Part shown: in pieces, positions 27,232 through 40,396 of the stretch
Position numbering within the stretch: position 1 is the stretch's first letter
How the letters are laid out: each line of letters begins with the position of its first letter
Source of the DNA: Eledone cirrhosa
Taxonomy: Eukaryota
Length of the DNA stretch: 64,000 nucleotides
Reading direction: 5' to 3'
NCBI GenBank assembly: GCA_964016885.1
Contig: OZ024742.1
Location: forward strand, 36,332,001-36,396,000
Translations under genes and position numbers: made by a program
The notes under the pieces: generated by a model
What the model saw: only the letters and a program-made list of their open reading frames with translations
What the model was told of the DNA's origin: nothing
Database searches by the model: none

Positions 27232-30200
27232 CGGCGGATAGTGCGCTCTGCGAAACAACATCTAACCGCCACTTTTTCATTGAGGACCTGCTGTCAGGTA
27301 GAGCTTTTCTGGTTGACACAGGTGCAGCTTGTTCCGTATGGCCTGTGTGTTGTATGAAGGAGACTCCCCCTGAGACGCCTATTGAGTTGCAGGCAGTAAA
27401 TTGTTCGCCGATTCGAACTTTCGGACAAATCTCGTTACCTTTGCAGTTTCGTAATCTGCGGCGCGAGTTTAAATGGATATTTACTGTCGCTGCCTTGCCG
27501 TATCCGATTCTAGGCGCGGATTTTCTCCACCATTTTTCATTGACGGTGGACCTTCGTGGTAAACGCCTAATTGATCGCATCACGGGATTAACTGTTGTTG
27601 GCAAGGCAGCAGGAGTTCCAACGGTTAGCCCGACATTTTTTCTTGCTAACACCGGTGATCCTTTCCATGCGTTGTTGAACTCGTTCCCGCAACTGACTCG
27701 GGGAAATTTTCGATTTGATGAACCTACTCATACCACGGAGCACTTCATATCTACAACTGGTGCTCCCGTTTTCTCTCGTCCTCGTCGCTTGCCTCCGGAC
27801 AAACTCAAAGCAGCACGATCAGTATTTGATCATATGCTGCAAATTGAGATTATTCATCCGTCCACGAGCCCGTGGGCGTCCCCATTGCACATGGTACCGA
27901 AAGCGAATGGCGATTGGAGACCTACTGGAGATTATCGACGCCTGAATTCGATAACGGTGCCGGACCGTTATCCTATCCCTCATCTGCAAGACTTTGCGTC
28001 TTCGTTGCAGGGATGCAAGATATTCTCCAAACTGGATTTAATTCGTGCGTACCATCAAATTCCTGTCCATAAAAATGACATTCCAAAAACGGCTATAGTT
28101 ACGCCATTTGGGTCTTTCGAGTTTTTGACTATGCCGTTCGGATTAAGGAATGCCGCTAGTACTTTTCAGCGGTTTATGGATGAGGTTACTCGCGGCCTCG
28201 ATTTCGTCTATACCTATATTGACGACCTGCTCATTGCTAGTTCTTCTCCTGGGCAGCATACGCACCATTTGAATCTTCTTTTCCGCCGATTGAAGGCGTA
28301 TAACGTGCAGCTTAATGTACCCAAATGTGTTTTTGGCGCTGAGTCACTGACTTTCTTGGGTCACGTCATCGATGCTGACGGAATTCGACCCCGGCCTGAG
28401 CGAGTTAAGGTCATAGAGGATTTGCCTCCACCGACCTCACTACGTCAGTTACGCCAGTTCTTAGGTCTGGTTAACTTTTATAGGCGTTTCGTGCCAAATT
28501 GTGCAAAATTGCTTTTCTCCCTGACAGAAATTTTGAAAAATTGTCGGTGGAAGAACAAAGATATTTCTTTGACAGACACTCAACTTGCTGATTTTCAGCA
28601 CGCCAAAACTGTTTTGGCTAATGCTTCGTTCCTGACTCACCCGGTACCCGGTGCAAAGCTAACGCTTTGTGTTGATGCATCGGATATCGCTGTGGGCGCA
28701 GTACTACAGCAAAACATCAATGGTTACCAGCAACCGCTGGAGTTTTTTTCCAAAAAGCTAAATCCTGCTGAGACGCGCTACAGCACCTTTGGAAGAGAGC
28801 TTTTAGCCATCTATTTGGCCGTGAAACATTTTTCACATGTGCTAGAGGGTAGACAATTTACTATCCTCACTGACCATAAACCATTGACTTTTGCTTTGAG
28901 AGCGAAGGCTGATAAATACTCGCCCAGAGAGACGAGACACCTTGATTTCATCTCGCAATATACGAGTGATATCCAGCACATTCCGGGTTCACTAAATACA
29001 GCGGCCGATGCTTTGTCCCGCTTACCCGTGACAGCGATCTCGTCATCCTCTGACATAGATCTGACTCGTTTGGCTGCGGATCAGCCTTCCCTTGAGTCAT
29101 TGGATGTCACATCGCCCGAGTTTGCGAATTGCGAGATGAAATACTTGCCTCTGTCGACTGCAGTTGGCCAAATTCTCTGCGACGTCTCTTTGGACGTGCC
29201 CAGGCCCTTCGTTCCAGAGAATCATCGTCGGACCGTGTTTCTGGGATTACATTGTATCTCGCATCCAGGATGTTCTGCCACAGCAAAGCTCATATCAGCT
29301 AGATTTTTCTGGCCAAATATGAGGCGTGAAATTGCTGCTTGGTGCCGTTCCTGCGTCGCTTGCCAGAGATCAAAGGTCCATCGACACGTCAAGGCTCCCC
29401 TGGGTACCTTTGCTAACCCAGATGCGCGTTTTTCACATATTCATATTGACATAGTGGGACCTTGGCCTGTCAGCGATGGTTTTTCTTATCTACTTACCGT
29501 CATTGACCGTTTTTCGAGATGGCCTGAGGCCATCTCCTTGAAAAACATCACCGCGGAGACAACAGCACGTGCTCTTGTGTCTGGATGGATCTCTCGTTAT
29601 GGAGTTCCATCCACAATAACTACCGATCGTGGACGACAGTTCGAGTCGAGCCTTTTCCTCGAGCTGTCAAAATTAATTGGTGCTAAACGCATTAGAACTA
29701 CGGCATACCATCCCGCTTCGAATGGTATGGTGGAGCGTTTTCACCGCCAACTGAAGACCTCCTTAATGGCCTCAATGGACTCGGCGCATTGGAGCGAGTA
29801 CCTCCCTATTGTGCTACTAGGGATTCGGTCAACGGTGAAGGTCGACTTTGGATTTTCACCGGCCGAAGTACTGTACGGTGCCCCTCTGACGTTGCCCGGG
29901 CAAATGCTTGCCCCTGTCGATCTTGATGCCCAAGATCACGCTTCCTACGTGTCCCGTTTGCGCTCCTATTTCCAGGATTTGTCGCCAATGGACACTAGGA
30001 AACAAACTGTCAAGACTGCTGTCCCGAGGGATATTGCCTCGTGGACGCATGTCTTTGTAAGGAATGATACGGTGAAGCCCCCGCTCACACAGCCTTACAC
30101 TGGACCTTACCGTGTCTTAGCGCGCTCGGCTAAGCATTTCACGTTAGATATTAAGGGGTCCAGGGAGACAGTTACATTAGACAGGCTTAAGCAGGCGCAC

Positions 30201-30389
30201 CTTGACACGGACGCTGTGGTTCCTGATCCACGAACCCCTTCGTATTTGCCTGTTGAGCGAACGACTGTTCCTGAACCACCATCATCGCCTGTCCCTACAC
30301 CACCACCATCGCCACGTTACAAGACCACGACCCGTTCAGGTCGTAGGGTCCACTGGCCCAACAAATTTTGCAGCACCGTCTATATTTAG
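27195..30389 (+). CDS. pol: Pol polyprotein (protease, RT, RNase H, integrase), uninterrupted
   Basis: LVDTGA; YIDD; VDASD...ELLAI; H-H-C-C zinc finger and D,D,E core (HIDIV, TTDRG, MVERF). Slippery G GGA AAA at 27207-27213. Confidence 0.96.
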   Translation: MCLRGKRRPESLTADSALCETTSNRHFFIEDLLSGRAFLVDTGAACSVWPVCCMKETPPETPIELQAVNCSPIRTFGQISLPLQFRNLRREFKWIFTVAALPYPILGADFLHHFSLTVDLRGKRLIDRITGLTVVGKAAGVPTVSPTFFLANTGDPFHALLNSFPQLTRGNFRFDEPTHTTEHFISTTGAPVFSRPRRLPPDKLKAARSVFDHMLQIEIIHPSTSPWASPLHMVPKANGDWRPTGDYRRLNSITVPDRYPIPHLQDFASSLQGCKIFSKLDLIRAYHQIPVHKNDIPKTAIVTPFGSFEFLTMPFGLRNAASTFQRFMDEVTRGLDFVYTYIDDLLIASSSPGQHTHHLNLLFRRLKAYNVQLNVPKCVFGAESLTFLGHVIDADGIRPRPERVKVIEDLPPPTSLRQLRQFLGLVNFYRRFVPNCAKLLFSLTEILKNCRWKNKDISLTDTQLADFQHAKTVLANASFLTHPVPGAKLTLCVDASDIAVGAVLQQNINGYQQPLEFFSKKLNPAETRYSTFGRELLAIYLAVKHFSHVLEGRQFTILTDHKPLTFALRAKADKYSPRETRHLDFISQYTSDIQHIPGSLNTAADALSRLPVTAISSSSDIDLTRLAADQPSLESLDVTSPEFANCEMKYLPLSTAVGQILCDVSLDVPRPFVPENHRRTVFLGLHCISHPGCSATAKLISARFFWPNMRREIAAWCRSCVACQRSKVHRHVKAPLGTFANPDARFSHIHIDIVGPWPVSDGFSYLLTVIDRFSRWPEAISLKNITAETTARALVSGWISRYGVPSTITTDRGRQFESSLFLELSKLIGAKRIRTTAYHPASNGMVERFHRQLKTSLMASMDSAHWSEYLPIVLLGIRSTVKVDFGFSPAEVLYGAPLTLPGQMLAPVDLDAQDHASYVSRLRSYFQDLSPMDTRKQTVKTAVPRDIASWTHVFVRNDTVKPPLTQPYTGPYRVLARSAKHFTLDIKGSRETVTLDRLKQAHLDTDAVVPDPRTPSYLPVERTTVPEPPSSPVPTPPPSPRYKTTTRSGRRVHWPNKFCSTVYI

Positions 30390-30614
30390 ACTATGTTAGC
30401 TGCACCTTTGTTTTGCCTCTGTGTTTCTGCTTTTTCTTTGCCTTGTTTTTTTATGCATGCATGTCGTTTTTTTTTTAACATTTTTCAAATCCTTATTCTG
30501 GATTAAATTTTTTCTAGAGCGGATAGCTCCCCCTTGTTGCATTGTTCGCCATCTTACTCCACATGTGAGTAATGACATCGATTTTCGATAATTTGAAAAT
30601 CTGGCTCGAGGTAC

Positions 30615-30840
30615 TGTAGTAAGACGCCTCACGCTCCTTGATAGAACAACGCCGGTTAGGAACGCCAGAAAGAAAAGACAGACAGCCACTGGAAAGCCGA
30701 CGGATCACACGCCAGAAACCAGCCTCTGTACAACACCATTGTTTGTGCTACATCAAAAAATAAACGTATATTTCATCTCTAATTTCTGCTGTTATTATGT
30801 CACTCGTATCTCGATAACATCTACAACTAATACTGCTAAA
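30615..30840 (+). repeat. 3' LTR
   Basis: TGTAGTAAGA...ACTGCTAAA followed by AGAT. Confidence 0.95.
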
Positions 30841-30895
30841 AGATCAATAATAATAATAATAATTGTTTCTACTTTTGGCACAAGGCCAGCAATTC

Positions 30896-33800
30896 TTTGG
30901 AAACCCTAACGCGTGAGGAGATTGTCTTGGTGCCCTCCTACTGCGGGCAGAAAATTGTGACCCAGATCCCGCCTGACGTGCCTATACCTTGGCTAGCCGC
31001 GTCTGTACTGGCTGGAATCGAGGAGAAGACCACCATACTGCAAATACAGAGAACGGGAAGAGAGAACTGGTCAGGAATAGGCATGCAAATGCTAATACAG
31101 ACTGACCAGGAGTTCATCAGGCCATCCCAGACATCATAGACCTCGAAGAAGGGCTCCAACTCCCTATAAGCCTGGAAGGAAGGCGCCCAAAGTGCTATCT
31201 CTGTGGGCTGAAGGGTCACCTCAGGGCCTTCTTCCCGCAGACGACAGCCAAGAAGAGGGGCCCCTCCTTCCGACGCCTGATCCGCTACTACCAAGAGCAG
31301 GGCAGGAAACAGAGGCAGAAGACCTTTCCATGGTGAGTAGGATGGCAACGTCCGTGGCACCCATACCAATGCCACGGACAACTGAAGCATCGGCAGCAGT
31401 GGCGGCAACACCAACAGTCGCAGTAGCCACACAGGCGGCAAAATCGCCGGAGTGGGCTCCACTACCACCACCAACAGCAGTGGAGCTCATACTCCTCCCA
31501 GACGCCACGGAATCCGACATGGAGTGTGAGGCGGGAGGGGAGTGGCAAACGGTCTGCCACAAAAAACAAAAGAGGAAAAAACCCTTAGCTTTACCCTCCA
31601 AAAGTGAAGGCAGACAAAGAGGGGTAAAGGCTGCAACGAGTCTTGCAGCAACACCACCATCACCACCACCAACAACAACCACACCACCATCAGCATCACC
31701 AAAAATACCAACATCGCAAACACAACAAAACACACACACCCAACAGCAACAAAATCACCCCTCCCCCCCAAAAAAGTACACAGCCATAAAGATGGCAAAT
31801 AAAGAACTCATACAACATATAAAGCAGCACACAGACATCACAGGAAAAAAACTACTACACTAAAACACCAAGAACTCTCCCGACAAACATAAGCATTATT
31901 GATATCAAAATAGAACAGTACAAACTTTTAAAACAAAAATTCCCCAACGCAGTTGGAGACTTCAGAGGGTCGGTTACCAAGAGGATATAGACTGATATCC
32001 TCTTGGAAACACCCAGGGCCAGCCAAAAGGACGGTTCTACTGTCCCTTCACCACACGATCAAGGTAAGTGATCCTTTCTCACTTGCCCTGTTTCTCATCC
32101 AACATGGCCGTACTTAGAATAGGCAGTATAAATGTACGTGGCCTGGGGTCATCTTGGAAGCAGGGTCATCTGCTCAACGACCTCAGGTCACTAAACATAG
32201 ATGTGGTGGCTATCACCGAGACCAGAATCTCCGAAGCACGAGCCTTCGCACCGATCTTCAGTGGCTACGCTGTATACGCATCTCCCAGTCGTCCAGGATC
32301 GGGAGAGGGGTAGCAGTGCTTTTTTGGAGAGGTTTGGATCTCGCCATACGGACCATCTTCCTGGACCCAGAAGGTAAGTCGGTGGTGCTGGACGTGACCG
32401 GCAGCGAAGGCAATGCTTTCAGGTTAGTAGCCGTCTACGACCCAACAGGGGTAGGACGGCCAGATTTCTTCAGACGTCTAGAGACCTTTCTTGGAACTTC
32501 CCACTCTTTAGTGTTAGTGGAGGACTGGAACGGTATCTTAGATGCACGCTGGGATCATGTGGGGTAAGGTAGACAGGGCAGGAGGGTTTAAAAGCCTTAA
32601 CAACCTGCTCAGACGTTTTGAACTGTCTGACAGGTATAGACTGGATTATCCGAATGGGCCAATGTGGACATGGGCAAACCGCATCGGGTCATCCAGATCG
32701 TATTTAGATAGGGTATTCTGTAGGGAAACAGATAAGGCTAGTGTAGGTTGTCCACAATTTAAAGTAGTCGACTACACGGACCACACATTTGTGATCTGTG
32801 AAGTTGACTTAGATAGACTCCATAGGCAAGGGCCCGGCTACTGGAAGCTGAACGCGTCGTTCCCGGCGCGCAAAGCTTACAGAGCCGGATTAGCGAATTA
32901 GTTAAGCGTGCGTTGACGGGTGCGATCGTCAACAACAGGTGGTGGTTTACCCTGAAAAGGGCTATTAGAGTAGAATCGATACGGTTTAGCAAAGGAGTAG
33001 TGATAGAGGAAAATAGAGTAGAGGGAGAGTTAGTTAGAAAGCTAGAATAGGCGTTTAGGAGAGGCATCTCAACCGACGTGCTTGCGGCGAGATTGGCATT
33101 TGACCAATTCTTCAACGCAAAGCATGAAGGCTGCGTTGTTAGAGCTAGAGCGCAGCAGAACGGGAGCATTCCCAGTTTTGTGAGCCGGGGAGCGGTGGCG
33201 CTGCTGAGAAAAGACCCGAACAAGGGGGACGTTATAGACAACTTCAGGCCCATAACTCTGCTAAAATGCAGAGTTTAAGATTTTGACCAAGGTGTTAGCA
33301 AAGAGTTTGGCACTTGTCGTCGGTGATCTGGTGGAAGAAGCGCAGACATGCGCCATTCAGGACAGATCCATCCACGACAAGCTCCATCTCATGCGATACA
33401 TCATAGAAAGGGTGGTTAAGGAACCTGGCACGGGTGGGGCCCTGATCAACTTGGATCAATCTAAAGCATTTAATAGGTTCAACCATCGTTACCTGACTGC
33501 AGTCCTCGAGGCGGCCGGCTTCGGGCCCATTTTTAGGGGCTGGATTGCTGCGATGAACAGCGACATCTGCTCGATTGTGAGGGTGAATGGTCACCTGTCG
33601 CAGCCTTTCAGAATCATGGGCTCGGTCCGCCAGGTTTTCCCCCTCTCGTCCCTATTGTACGTACTAGCCCTAGAGCCGTTACTGCACAAATTGGAGACAT
33701 TGAGGTTGAGGGGGGGGGGGTCCCACGCGCACTAGGATGCGGGAAATCCGTGTCAGCTTACGCCGACGACATCACCGTGGTGGTGTCGAGCACCAAACAT

Positions 33801-35390
33801 GTCCAGATGTTCGGCACCGCTCTCAAGGAATACGAAGCGGTGACCGGAGCAAAGATAAACCAGGAAAAGTCGGTGGTGTTGAAACTCGGCACATGGAGAG
33901 GCAAGTCCATGCCGTCCGACAGCGTCGTGGGGCGCTGGACGGAAGGACCGGTTAAATTGCTCGGGGTCTGGTTCGGTCCAGACCTCCAGACGGAGAAAAA
34001 CTGAAGCGAGGTGACGAGCAAGGTGGCCTCTCTCACCCAGAAATGGGCCGAGAGGAGGCTATCTCTGAAAGGTCGTGCGGAGGTGGCGAATGCGTACATA
34101 GCGTCCGTAATCTGGTACCGCCTGACCGTCGTACCTTGCCCCCGCCCAACTCTGACAAAAATGGAGTGCCTTCTCTTCCGCTCTTTGTGGAAGGGACGTG
34201 CTCCCATGGTCAGACGTTCCATTTGCTGTCAACACCCGTTGCGTGGAGGACTAAGCATGCCGTGGCTGATGATGCGCAAACATGCGCTGAGGCTGCGACA
34301 TCTCTGGTGCTTCCTTGAGGGTGAACAGGTGTGGTTGTCGTTTGCCAGACGCGCTTTTCCCCAGCTCGTCTCCTTGACGGAGCTGCAGTCCTGGATCAGG
34401 AAAGACCGAAAGATAGCGCTTGGAAGCTGGAATGTCTCCAAGCGCTCACCGCCCTCTACCAGCTGGGCACTAGTATCGGTGGAACATCCACGTCGGTGTT
34501 CTATAGAGGGCTAGTGGAGAGAACGAGCGACGACGTTCTCGGGGAGACCCTGGGCGTCGAAGAGATCAGCTGTTCGCTCTCTTCAAGAGAACTTTTAGAC
34601 TGGGGCCTATGGACAACTTCCCTGGCCTGGCAGTGCTACCGGGGAGCGTTCCCGGTTCGGGATAAGCTCTACAGGCACGGAGGTGCTGTCAGCACGGCGC
34701 CTGTCCGAGATGCGCGCAGGGCGACGAAACCGTCCTGCACGCACTCGTTCAGTGCCCGAGGATTGCTGACTTGTGGGGCTATGTCGAACAGCTGCTGTTG
34801 AGTGTAGGACGGATCCGGTTATCGACTGAGTCCATTGTGCAGATAGCACCGCCATCCTCCTTTAAGGAGGAGGAATGGCAGGCAGTTTTCATCTGTCTGG
34901 TGGCCATGGCGGAAGAAATTGTGTGGTGGACAAGTTTGAAAGGGTTGAAGACGGACACTTTCCTCATCGGCCAATCCCTGATTATCTTTTTCAAGTTTCA
35001 CTTGAAGAGGAAAATCATGGTGGAGAGGCAAGTGGTCTTCTAGTAAGTTTGTTGAAAGGTGGGTGTAAGTGGCGAGTCTGGTCCGAGTGAACGGGCCCAC
35101 TCTGAGTATGCGCCTGTAGACTGAGGAGTGGAAAAAGTGAGAGAGGGCGTTTGCCCTGGTGGTCAGGGTGGCCGTGGCCTTTTTGTGTGGTTTTCGCCAC
35201 GAGTAACCCTCAGAGGTTTCCCCCTTTTAGGGGAATTTTTGTTGTTTGGATTTTTTTTTTATTTCTAGCCCAAATTTGTTAGAACCTGTTTACACGACCA
35301 AAACCCAGTTTGTATAGAACTGTACTGTTCTGTGGCCTCTCTAATGTTTTTTTTCGTGTTAGCCCTTGTGGCCACTAAAGAAACCATTAT
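30896..35390 (+). mobile_element. Tx1/L1-group LINE, decayed (ORF1 remnant plus APE-RT ORF2 with internal deletion)
   Basis: MAVLRIGSINVRGL, AITETRI, SYLDR, TDH, YWKLN, NFRPITLL, LDQSKAF, AYADD, with many stops and frameshifts. 3' cccttgtggcc...(ATT)n. Confidence 0.88.
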
Positions 35391-35504
35391 TATTATTATT
35401 ATTTGCCTTTCATCCTTACGGGGTCGATAAAATAAAGTAGCAGCAATGCACTGGGTAATTGCTGGCCTTGTGCCAAAAGTAGAAACAATTATTATTATTA
35501 TTAC

Positions 35505-38500
35505 AGTTGCATTTATCTTGCTTTATGTTCATACGAGTTATCACCAAGTCACAACCAGTGACCTCAAGAGACAACAAGGTCCGCCATGTTCAAGAAAGAA
35601 CATACATATTCACACATGCATCTTTAGTGTTTAGACTTGTGATGTACTTATATTGACAGAATCTTCCTTAGTATATGGGCAGTTCCCATTAATACTATCT
35701 TTTGTATTTCTCCTATACGCGGGTTTCCTGGGATTTGCGATATGTAATCATTAGACCCCTTAGGTATCATTCACAGAGCGCCTACAACCACTGGTATTGT
35801 TTTAGTTCTCAATTTCCACATTTTTCCAATTTCTATCTCCAGGTCCTTATACTTGCTCAATTTTTCAAATGTTTTTATAGATACATTCTTGTCTATTGGA
35901 ACAGACATATCAATTAGCAGGCATACCCTCTTTTTAAAGTCCTTCAATATTATATCAGGTCTATTTGCATCTATTTTTCGGTCTGTTTGGATGCTAAAGT
36001 TCCACAAGATTGAGATGTGATCTTTTTCAAGTATGGGAGGTGGTTGATGCTCCCACCAATTCTTTTGATGGGGCAGGTCAAAATGCTTACACATTATCCA
36101 ATGTATGTATTGTGCAGCTCTGTCATGCCTGTTTAGGTATTCGGTTGGAGCTATAGGACTGCACATTGAAATTATATGGTCAATGGTCTCTGGTTGTTTT
36201 TTGCATACACGGCATAATGGGCTGCATCCAATTTTTATTATGTTGGCTTGGTAATTTTTTGTTGGCAGACACTGATCTTGTGCTGATATAATCAGTCCTT
36301 CAGTCTCCGATTTCAGTCCAGAGGATGCCAACCACTGATGGGTTAAAGTTTTGTCAACATCAGGATTGTTAGCTCGCTCTGGGTATTTTCCATACAGAGG
36401 CTTTTCTTGCCATTTCTTAGCCAGTTTCTGTAGCAGTTCTTTCTTTACAGTTACTTTTACCTGCTTTGCTTTTTCTGTGTTTTCCATTTCAGCAGTAAAT
36501 GGGACTTCTGAAATTTGTAGTCCATTACTGTATCTTTGTGCATCTTTTGTAATGGAATATGATCTTTTGATGCTTTCGTGTTTCAAAACGAGTTTGATCA
36601 TCCAATCATGTGATTCCCTTAGATATGTAGATAATCCAATCGTTGCAGTTTTCAACGCAATGTCTAACTGGATTAACCCACGTCCTCCTTCTTTCCTGGG
36701 GAGATATATTCTATCTATATCTGCCTTAGGGTGATGCATTCTGTGCATGGTTAAGAATTTTCGAATTTTTGTATCGAGCCTACGGATCTCTGTGCTTGAC
36801 CAGTTGATGACATTGTAACTGTAGGTTACTACTGGTATGGCAAGCGTGTTTATGGCATCGATCCTATTCCTTGCATTCAATTCCGTTCTTAAGATTGCTC
36901 TTACTCTGCGGTAACATTCCTTCCTTATCCTTTCCCTCATTGTCGAGTGCTTGATTCCGTCTCCTTCACAAACACCTAGATATTTGTAAGTTTTTTCTTG
37001 ATCAAGTTCTCTTATCACGTTCCCCCGATCAAGATTAATGTCTGAACTCTTCAGCGGCTTTCCTCTGGTGAACGTTGCTTTGGCGCATTTATCTAGTCCA
37101 AACTCCATTTTAATGTCATCACTGAACTGCTTCACAGTGGATAATAGCCCTTGCAATTGTTCATCATTTTTTGCAAATAGTTTCAGGTCATCCATGTAGA
37201 ACAGGTGATTAATAGTTTTGTCATAGACTTTATATCCATGTTTTGTTTCATTGAGCATTTTACTTAATGGTATAAGTGCGATGCAGAATAAAAGCGGTGA
37301 TAAAGAGTCACCCTGAAAAATTCCACAATTAATATTAACTTCTCCAGCTTCCAGTGATTTTGTTTCACTATTCAAAAGGAGTGTCGTTTTCCATGTCTTC
37401 ATACTGAATGACAAAAACCTCCTGACAACGGGGGATATTTTGAAAATCTCTAAACATTTTTCAATCCAACTGTGTGGCAAACTATCGAATGCTTTTTTAT
37501 AATCTATCCAAGCAATCGATAGATTTTTGTGTCTATGATGACAATCTTCCAGTATCATTTTGTTAACCAGAAGCTGATCCTTACAGCCATATGAGCCTCG
37601 TTTACACCCTTTCTGCTCAATGGAAAATAGGTCATTTGTTATCAGGTGGTCATATGTGTATTCAGTTAGGACTGATGTTAAAATTTTATACATTGTGGTC
37701 AAGCAAGTTATCGGTCTGTAATTTTTGGGATTGTTTGTCTCATCATTCTTCGGAAGCAGGAATGTAATGCCGTTAACTAGCCATGATGGTATCTTTTCTG
37801 GCTCCTTAACTATTTCATTGTAAAGTTGGGCTAACAGCTCATGAGACTCTGTGAAGGCATTTATCCAAAAGTTTTGTATTTTGTCTTTTCCTGGGGATTT
37901 CCATTTGCTGGTTTTTCTTAGAGCCAAGCGCAACTGTTCAACTGTTATATTTTCCCATATTTGTTCCTCAAGGTGAGCTGTATCTTTCATTTGTCTGTCT
38001 ATCCATGGGGCATGTATGTTATGAACTTTTTCTTCGGCCCAGATCTTTTCCCAGAATTCTTGCACTTCCTCCTTGGGTGGTATTGATTTAGCAGTTATTG
38101 TTGACTTACCAATTTTTCTGTAGAAGTTTCTTTGGTTGTTTTTGAACATATTATTGTCCTTATAGAATCTAGATCGTTTTTCAAAGCGCCTTATACGAGC
38201 AGCTTTGGCCGACACTTTTTGCTTGATTGTTTCTATCAGCATATCTATGTCACATGTTGATCTTATACTGTACTTTTTTTTCAATTTTCTAAGTTTAGTT
38301 TGTTTAACATGTTCACCTACTTTATAGTTTGTTAAAATTTCTATGTCAGATCGGAGAAGGTTTATTTGGCGATTGATGTTCTCTTGCCAAGTAGATTTCT
38401 TGTGGGAATTCCTTTGTTTTTTGATCTTCACTCCACATAAGTGAGTGGTGACTTTAGCCGATGCATAATAGAGATGATTTAAATCAGTAATGTTTAGGTT

Positions 38501-39470
38501 GTTTGTGATGATAATGTTTTTGAGAATTATGTTAGTCTTGTGTATTATCTTTTGGTTCTGTTTGGAGTTCTGGATCTTAGGGAGGGTGTCTCGTTGCCCC
38601 ATGTCAGATTCTTTTATTTTCATCCATTCGATCATAATTTCATCCTTCAAGTTGGCAAGTTCATTCTCATTCATTTCTTTATCATTTACGATCTCATTAT
38701 TTTCATTTGGAGTTTCATCCTGAGCATGCACTCCCTCCACTTTTTCGATCCTTTCTTTAATTTGTTCTGTTGCCAGTGATTCCGCCCCAACCCTGGGATT
38801 CGAAGTGTTACAGTTTACCTCGTTTTCACTGACACATGTTTCATTTTCCCTTCGCTGACTTTGTGCTAATAGCTTGATCTGATCAATTTCTATATCAGTT
38901 AGTAACTTTTTTCTTACAATATTTCTTCGTATATTGGCTAGTTTGTTACTGTCAATATAGCCTCTGTTTTCGGGATGTTTCTTTTTCCAGTTGATATATG
39001 TCTGTTCTGTATTCGATGTATTTGATGGGTAGTACATGGCAGTGTAGAAAGCCTCAAGGACTTCTTTATTATCTTCCCTTGACCATTTTTCTCTCTTTTT
39101 CTTTGGATTTCTTGGTGGTGAGCATGGAGGGCCAACAGTAGGAGTATTCCGGTTATGGGAGGTCTCCAGCTCCGAAGTGATGGGAAGGTTTGAACCATTA
39201 GCTGATTTTTCGACCCCAATCTGGTTCCTCTCTGAGGGACGCGGCCCTTTTTTACCCGGGTGACGGCCGATCCGGTATGAGATTTTATCATTAGACATTT
39301 ACTTTATTTTGTCGCGTGTTATCCTTATCCGCCAAGGGGTAATCATTTCGTGTTACCACTTCTAGAACGAGTGTCAACCAAGACTAGAGGGGTCGTTCTC
39401 CCCTAGAGACACGGCTATTCCCCGCCGGCCGCCATCCCGGTATTTCTTGGTCACGGGGTTTTCTTTTTGT
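35505..39470 (-). mobile_element. Dong/R4-clade non-LTR retrotransposon, full length
   Basis: Single RT plus restriction-like endonuclease ORF, GC-rich 5' UTR, 3' end joined to (TAA)n. Confidence 0.9.
35648..39298 (-). pseudogene. R4/Dong ORF (RT, CCHC, RLE) with a single late nonsense codon
   Basis: NYRPITCL, IDYKKAFD, GIFQGDSLSP, FYMDD, CRVC..H...C, NRPDI..D..K. TGA at 35771-35773, then in-frame MIPKG...LMGTAHILRKILSI* to 35648. Confidence 0.9.
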
Positions 39471-39973
39471 TGTTTTTTTTAAATTGTTATTATCATGAGT
39501 GGTTCCTTAATGTGAGCATTGCGTGGCTTAAGAATGAAATTATTAATAATTGTCTCCACTCCAGGCACAAGGCCAGCAATCACCCAGTGCATTACAATAA
39601 TATAATATACTTTATGCTGTAGTTGCCTGTTATTGTTGTTGGCTATGTCGGTGGTGGTGCCGGGGCTTTTTATATTGTTGGTGAGGAAGGGGTGAGCCAG
39701 CAGTCCCATAGTTGTTGATGTTGACGTTTGGCCGGTGGCCAGGTCACTAAGTCAATCTATTTATATCTTTTGCTAGCCTCTCCCTTGTCTAGTGATACCG
39801 CCACCTTCCCCTTTCTCTCTCAAGTTAACAGGGGAATAGTGGTGGTAGCAATGAAGGAGTGGTGGCGGCGGCGATGGGATAGTGGTAGCAATGATGGATG
39901 GGGTGGTGGCGGCGGTGGCGTTGTGGTTACTGATTTTTGTGATATGTAGTATCTATGAGTTTGTGTTCGTATG

Positions 39974-40004
<31 letters not shown>

Positions 40005-40008
<4 letters not shown>

Positions 40009-40180
40009 GGTCTAAGCGGACGTATTTTGTTCGCTCACAGTAAGTCGCTTTATTTGCCTGTTTAAATTATTTGTTGTTAAATATTTCTTGTTGTGTAAGG
40101 GATATAAGCCCTTAGACTTTGCCCCGTGAAGGGGAAAGTATAATATTTGGGCCTTTTGGCCCAAATATTTGAACTTTTTT
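40005..40180 (-). repeat. Interspersed repeat with (AAT)n tail; paralog at 24690-24870 (+)
   Basis: Reverse complement matches 24690-24870 plus 30845-30860. Confidence 0.8.
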
Positions 40181-40396
40181 AACATTTTAAAAAATTTACG
40201 AAAAAAAAAAAAACATGGCTGAGCCACGCCCCCCCGCCCCACCCCAGCGATATGTCGGCTGTCGTGCGACAACGACGTAGAAGTTGAGAGGAGTGAGTGC
40301 TACAGCGAAATTAACACACATTGATAACACAAACAAGGTAAACAAAGACACCAATGATACCAATAAGAACTCTAATTTGAAAAAAAATTACAGCTC

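Larger units (their letters stand above)
24871..30840 (+). mobile_element. Gypsy/Ty3 LTR retrotransposon (CsRn1-like), full length
   Basis: 226-bp LTRs, AGAT target-site duplication on both sides, tRNA-Trp PBS, gag with CHCC motif, pol order PR-RT-RH-INT. Confidence 0.95.

Noticed and set aside
39300-39470. HDV-like ribozyme expected at the Dong/R4 5' end
   Set aside because: GC-rich and probably structured, but I could not assign P1, P1.1, P2 and P3 by eye.
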